The position numbers and the translations under genes were made by a program. Shown piece after piece: positions 27,716 to 32,000 of a stretch of DNA of 32,000 nucleotides (its first letter is position 1; every line of letters starts with the position of its first letter). The DNA lies in NCBI RefSeq assembly GCF_009734345.1, contig NZ_CP032551.1, forward strand, positions 180,001-212,000. Direction: 5' to 3'. The notes beneath the pieces were generated by a model. It was given only the letters and a program-made list of their open reading frames with translations, was not told the origin of the DNA and did not search any database. This stretch comes from Pseudidiomarina andamanensis. Lineage in GTDB: Bacteria > Pseudomonadota > Gammaproteobacteria > Enterobacterales > Alteromonadaceae.

Positions 27716-30064
27716 ATGAGTGAAGAACGGATTGAGCGCTTAAGCATACCTGTGCTGCCGTTGCGCGACGTGGTCGTGTACCCGCACATGGTTATCCCTT
27801 TATTTGTCGGGCGTGAAAAGTCTATTCGCTGTTTAGAAGCGGCGATGGAGCAGAACAAACAAATATTTTTGTCGGCACAAAAAGATGCATCGGTGGACGA
27901 GCCTGAGCAAGCTGACATCCACACCATTGGTACCGTCGCGACCATTTTGCAGTTATTGAAGTTGCCAGACGGCACAGTGAAAGTGTTGGTAGAAGGCAGT
28001 CAGCGGGCTGAAATTGAGCAATTCGAGCCTGAGTCTGATTTCTTCCGTGCCCAAGTGCATTACCTTGATTCTGAGGTGATGGACGAAAAAGAAGAAGAGG
28101 TGATGATTCGCTCAGCGATTAATCAGTTCGAAGGCTATGTGAAGTTAAATAAGAAAATACCGCCTGAGGTATTAACCAGCTTGTCGGGTATCGAAGAAGC
28201 TGACCGTTTAGCTGATACCATGGCGGCGCATATGCCGTTAAAGCTTAATGATAAGCAAAAGGTTCTCGAAATTACCGACGTACGTGAGCGTCTTGAATTT
28301 TTGATGGCGCTGATGGAAGGCGAAATTGATCTGCTGCAAGTAGAAAAGCGGATTCGTTCGCGCGTGAAAAAGCAGATGGAAAAGAGTCAGCGCGAGTACT
28401 ATTTGAATGAGCAAATGAAAGCCATTCAAAAAGAGCTGGGCGAAATGGAAGACGGCCCTGACGAGTTTGAAGCACTGCAAAAGAAAATTGAAGACGCCAG
28501 TATGCCTGAAGAGGCAGAGAAGAAAACTCGTGCCGAATTGCAAAAACTGAAAATGATGTCACCGATGTCGGCTGAAGCGACCGTTGTGCGTGGTTACATC
28601 GACTGGATGGTGTCGGTGCCGTGGAAAAAACGTTCACGCATTAAGAAAGATTTGGCGAATGCCGAGAAGATTCTTGACGCCGATCATTACGGTTTAGAGA
28701 AAGTGAAAGAGCGTATTCTTGAGTACTTGGCGGTGCAACAGCGAACCAGTAAGGTACGCGGCGCTATTTTGTGCTTAGTAGGGCCACCAGGCGTGGGTAA
28801 AACCTCATTGGGGCAATCGATTGCGAAAGCGACTGGCCGCAAATATATCCGCATGGCTTTAGGTGGCGTACGTGATGAAGCGGAGATTCGTGGTCACCGT
28901 CGTACTTATATTGGTTCAATGCCAGGCAAGCTGATTCAGAAAATGGCGAAAGTTGGTGTTCGTAACCCACTATTTTTGCTCGACGAAATCGATAAGATGG
29001 CATCTGATATGCGCGGCGACCCTGCGTCGGCGTTGTTGGAGGTATTGGATCCTGAGCAAAACGTCAACTTCAACGACCATTACCTCGAAGTGGACTACGA
29101 CTTGTCAGACGTGATGTTTGTGGCTACCTCGAACAGTATGAATATTCCAGGTCCGTTATTAGACCGTATGGAAGTGATTCGTTTGTCGGGCTATACCGAG
29201 GATGAGAAGCTGAATATTGCCAAGCGCCACCTGTTGCCGAAGCAAATTGAGCGTAATGGCCTGAAGAATAAAGAAATTAATGTCACTGACGATGCAATTA
29301 CCGGCATTATTCGTTACTACACTCGCGAAGCTGGTGTGCGTAATCTTGAGCGTGAGATTTCGCGCTTATGTCGCAAAGCGGTGAAAAAGATTGTGCTAGA
29401 TAAACGTATTAAACACGTTGAGATTACTGGTGACAATTTATCGGATTTCCTTGGTGTACAACGCTTTGACTTCGGTAAAGCTGAAGAGAATAACCAAGTG
29501 GGTCAAGTGACTGGCTTGGCATGGACCGAAGTTGGCGGCGATTTATTGACGATTGAAGCCACTAACGTTGCAGGTAAAGGGAAAATTACTTCAACCGGTT
29601 CTTTGGGCGATGTGATGCAAGAGTCGATTCAAACAGCTCTTACCGTCGTACGGAGCCGTGCAAATAAACTCGGTATTCCAGAGGACTTCCACGAGAAACG
29701 CGATATTCACGTCCACGTGCCTGAGGGCGCAACACCAAAAGATGGCCCAAGCGCTGGTATTGCGATGGTGACTGCATTGGTGAGCTCGCTAACCGAAATT
29801 CCGGTACGAGCAGAAGTGGCGATGACTGGCGAAATTACCTTGCGAGGTGAAGTATTAGCCATTGGTGGCTTGAAAGAGAAATTGTTAGCAGCGCATCGCG
29901 GCGGCATCAAACATGTTCTGATTCCGAAAGATAATGAACGTGATTTGAAAGAAATTAGCGATGCGGTGAAGGGGGATTTGAAGATTCAGCCGGTGCAATG
30001 GATTGATGAAGTATTGGCTGTTGCGCTTGAATCTGCGCCGAAAACCGGCGAAAAATCGGCCTAA
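27716..30064 (+). CDS. lon: Lon protease (LonA)
   Basis: There is very high identity to E. coli Lon ([56 protein letters not shown]). The catalytic Ser is in [12 protein letters not shown] prefer ATG 27716, preceded by GGAGA, over TTG 27704. Confidence 0.97.
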   Translation: MSEERIERLSIPVLPLRDVVVYPHMVIPLFVGREKSIRCLEAAMEQNKQIFLSAQKDASVDEPEQADIHTIGTVATILQLLKLPDGTVKVLVEGSQRAEIEQFEPESDFFRAQVHYLDSEVMDEKEEEVMIRSAINQFEGYVKLNKKIPPEVLTSLSGIEEADRLADTMAAHMPLKLNDKQKVLEITDVRERLEFLMALMEGEIDLLQVEKRIRSRVKKQMEKSQREYYLNEQMKAIQKELGEMEDGPDEFEALQKKIEDASMPEEAEKKTRAELQKLKMMSPMSAEATVVRGYIDWMVSVPWKKRSRIKKDLANAEKILDADHYGLEKVKERILEYLAVQQRTSKVRGAILCLVGPPGVGKTSLGQSIAKATGRKYIRMALGGVRDEAEIRGHRRTYIGSMPGKLIQKMAKVGVRNPLFLLDEIDKMASDMRGDPASALLEVLDPEQNVNFNDHYLEVDYDLSDVMFVATSNSMNIPGPLLDRMEVIRLSGYTEDEKLNIAKRHLLPKQIERNGLKNKEINVTDDAITGIIRYYTREAGVRNLEREISRLCRKAVKKIVLDKRIKHVEITGDNLSDFLGVQRFDFGKAEENNQVGQVTGLAWTEVGGDLLTIEATNVAGKGKITSTGSLGDVMQESIQTALTVVRSRANKLGIPEDFHEKRDIHVHVPEGATPKDGPSAGIAMVTALVSSLTEIPVRAEVAMTGEITLRGEVLAIGGLKEKLLAAHRGGIKHVLIPKDNERDLKEISDAVKGDLKIQPVQWIDEVLAVALESAPKTGEKSA

Positions 30065-30377
30065 CAACGTAAAAATGAGGTCTGCAAGTCAACAATCTGC
30101 CTGCAGCCCGCATTCTTTCGTTAAAAAAATTGCTAAAAAGGGTTCTCAATCCGAAATCTTGTGGTAGCCTAGAGTCAAAGTGATTGGTCGGACTCAAACA
30201 CAAAATGACTCTGGCATGCCACTTGAGTGATAGATTAATAAGGAAGATGTCTGCTAATCTGTCACTATCGCTTGAACAGTTAGTTTAAGCTTGTTATAAC
30301 CTTCGCTGGCCCATTGAAAAAACAGAACGCAATGGAACCATGCAAATCTGATAATAACAATCTAAGGGGATGATACT

Positions 30378-30650
30378 GTGAATAAGTCTCAGTTAGTTGA
30401 TAAAATTGCAGACGGAGCAGAAATTTCTAAAGCTGCGGCTGGACGTGCTCTAGATTCTTTCATCGAAGCAGTAACTGACGCTTTGAAGAAAGGTGATCAA
30501 GTAGCATTAGTTGGTTTTGGTACTTTCAGTGTTCGTGAGCGTTCAGCTCGCACTGGTCGTAACCCACAAACTGGCCAAACTATCCAAATCGCAGCTGCTA
30601 AAGTACCTTCTTTCAAAGCCGGTAAAGCACTGAAAGATTCAGTAAACTAA
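30378..30650 (+). CDS. hupB: Nucleoid protein HU beta subunit
   Basis: GTG start. [26 protein letters not shown]...[33 protein letters not shown] is nearly collinear with E. coli HupB (90 aa). Confidence 0.95.
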   Translation: MNKSQLVDKIADGAEISKAAAGRALDSFIEAVTDALKKGDQVALVGFGTFSVRERSARTGRNPQTGQTIQIAAAKVPSFKAGKALKDSVN

Positions 30651-30657
30651 TAAAAGC

Positions 30658-30734
30658 GGAGCGGTAGTTCAGCTGGTTAGAATACCGGCCTGTCACGCCG
30701 GGGGTCGCGGGTTCGAATCCCGTCCGTTCCGCCA
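30658..30734 (+). tRNA. tRNA-Asp (anticodon GUC)
   Basis: 77 nt. GGAGCGGTAGTTCAGCTGGTTAGAATACCGGCCTGTCACGCCGGGGGTCGCGGGTTCGAATCCCGTCCGTTCCGCCA is close to E. coli aspT. It starts 7 nt after the hupB stop. Confidence 0.92.
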
Positions 30735-30744
30735 GCAAATGCTG

Positions 30745-30782
30745 AAAATAACCCGAAGCTTGTCTTCGGGTTATTTTTTTTC
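30745..30782 (+). terminator. Rho-independent terminator after tRNA-Asp (and hupB)
   Basis: The sequence is ataacccgaag-cttgt-cttcgggttat followed by a run of T, with an A-run upstream. Confidence 0.8.
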
Positions 30783-30839
30783 TGCAATAGCAGATATAAT
30801 ACCCGCCCAACAACGGGAATAATTGAGGTTTAGTGAGAT

Positions 30840-32000
30840 ATGTTGGACAGGATTCGTGAAGGGTCGCAAAGCTTTATAGTGAAAGCGATTCTAGTATTGA
30901 TTGCCCTTACTTTTGCCTTAGCTGGAATAGGTGGTTATATCACTAACCAGCCAGAGCCATCGGTAGCCGTGGTAAACGGTGAGGAAATTACTCGGGTTGA
31001 ATTTGATCGTGCCGTTGATAACGAGCGCGCACGTCAACAGGAACAGTTTGGCGACTTTTATGCCACGCTAGCCGCTGACCCAGGTTTCAATCAGCAGTTA
31101 CGCCAACAAGTGTTGGACGACTTGATTAACCAGAAGCTGGTAGAGATATACTCGCGTGATGCGGGTTTACGTGTTTCTGACGAGCAGGTAAAAGCAGCGA
31201 TTCGTGAAATCAGCGCATTCCAAGTGGCTGGTCAGTTTGATAATACAACATATCAAATGACATTGAGCGGTTTGGGCTACACGCCAGACGGTTTTGCTGA
31301 ACTGATGCGACGCGACTTAGCTCGTACACAATTGTTGCAAGCCATGGTCGAGTCTGAGTTTGCGCTTCCGAGCGAAGCTGCAGCGGTGCAACGTTTGGTT
31401 AACCAAAAACGTAGTGGTGCTTATACGACTATTGAACTTGATAAGTATATTGACTCTGTTGAAGTAACCGACGCCGAACTTGAGCAATGGTATCAAGAAA
31501 ATCAGCAACGCTTTAATGTGGCAGAGCAGGTGAAGGTTGAGTTTGTTCAACTGGACGCTGATGTTGTAGCTGAGAATGTTGAAGTTGACGAGAGCGTTGT
31601 ACGTGAATGGTACGACAACAATCAGTCGCGTTATCAAACACAAGATCGCTATCGTTTCGCACATATTCTTATTGAAGGTGAAGGCGAAGCGGCAGAAAAA
31701 GAAGCGCAGGAAGTGTTAACGAAGCTTACTGAAGGCGCTGATTTTGCCGAACTTGCCGCGGAATATTCAGATGATATTTTCACCGCAGAAACCGGTGGTG
31801 ACCTGGACTTTATTGAAAAAGGCACCATGGATCCTGCGTTTGATGAAGCGGCCTTTGCGTTAAAAGAAGTTGGCGATATTAGCGGCGTTGTTAGTACTTC
31901 ATTTGGTTATCACATCATCAAGCTAACCGAGATTGAAGAGGGTACGTCAACTTCGTTTGAAGAAGTGCGCGATGAAATTGTTGCTGAGATGCGTGAAGAC
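30840..32000 (+). CDS. ppiD: Periplasmic chaperone / peptidyl-prolyl isomerase PpiD, N-terminal 387 codons (continues past the right edge)
   Basis: Not in the ORF track because there is no stop in the window. ATG 30840 is in frame through 32000. The translation is MLDRIREGSQSFIVKAILVLIALTFALAGIGGY...LRQQVLDDLINQKL...FAHILIEG...GGDLDFIEKGTMDPAFDEAAF...FGYHIIKL. It has the TM anchor and the parvulin-like domain. Synteny is lon-hupB-ppiD. Confidence 0.9.
   Translation, partial: MLDRIREGSQSFIVKAILVLIALTFALAGIGGYITNQPEPSVAVVNGEEITRVEFDRAVDNERARQQEQFGDFYATLAADPGFNQQLRQQVLDDLINQKLVEIYSRDAGLRVSDEQVKAAIREISAFQVAGQFDNTTYQMTLSGLGYTPDGFAELMRRDLARTQLLQAMVESEFALPSEAAAVQRLVNQKRSGAYTTIELDKYIDSVEVTDAELEQWYQENQQRFNVAEQVKVEFVQLDADVVAENVEVDESVVREWYDNNQSRYQTQDRYRFAHILIEGEGEAAEKEAQEVLTKLTEGADFAELAAEYSDDIFTAETGGDLDFIEKGTMDPAFDEAAFALKEVGDISGVVSTSFGYHIIKLTEIEEGTSTSFEEVRDEIVAEMRED

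Noticed and set aside
30065-30377. Long (313-nt) lon-hupB intergenic region examined for an sRNA or terminator
   Set aside because: It holds only a weak 5-bp stem (ctgca...tgcag) without a T-run. I found no convincing promoter/terminator pair that would define an independent small RNA.
31317-31664. 115-aa minus-strand ORF inside ppiD
   Set aside because: The + strand frame is open from 30840 to the window edge and matches PpiD throughout. The antisense peptide is a low-complexity L/I/N/F-rich artefact.

Overview
This window is a mostly housekeeping stretch of a gammaproteobacterial chromosome, roughly half G+C. The gene order is partly E. coli-like: fabB/mnmC/yfcL, then pdxB-asd(usg)-[fimV]-truA-accD-folC-dedD-cvpA-purF. 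It is partly Shewanella/Alteromonadales-like: astB next to topA, then folD-tRNAs-tig-clpP-clpX-lon-hupB-ppiD. I cannot assign a species from sequence alone. Nearly all long ORFs are recognisable by direct similarity to well-known proteins. There are five tRNA genes: a Pro-Arg-His-Pro cluster and a tRNA-Asp fused to the 3' end of hupB. Several clean rho-independent terminators are present. I saw no rRNA, CRISPR array, IS element, transposase or integrase. The stand-out region is a strongly AT-rich block of about 3 kb (18276-21317) at the convergent junction between topA (+) and folD (-). It carries three genes. The first is a 517-aa ABC/AAA_21-type ATPase. The second is a roughly 384-aa protein with Toprim/DUF4435-like acidic motifs plus a four-Cys zinc-ribbon-like cluster. 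Together these two look like a split OLD-family or PARIS (AriA/AriB)-like anti-phage module. The third is a 55-aa CsrA-family RNA-binding protein on the opposite strand. It is absent from the supplied ORF track because it is shorter than 60 aa. A CsrA paralog convergent with an ATPase/nuclease defence pair is not an arrangement I know as a described system, so it is the main candidate for novelty. Two edge-truncated genes also missing from the ORF track were recovered by hand: fldB at the left edge and ppiD at the right edge.
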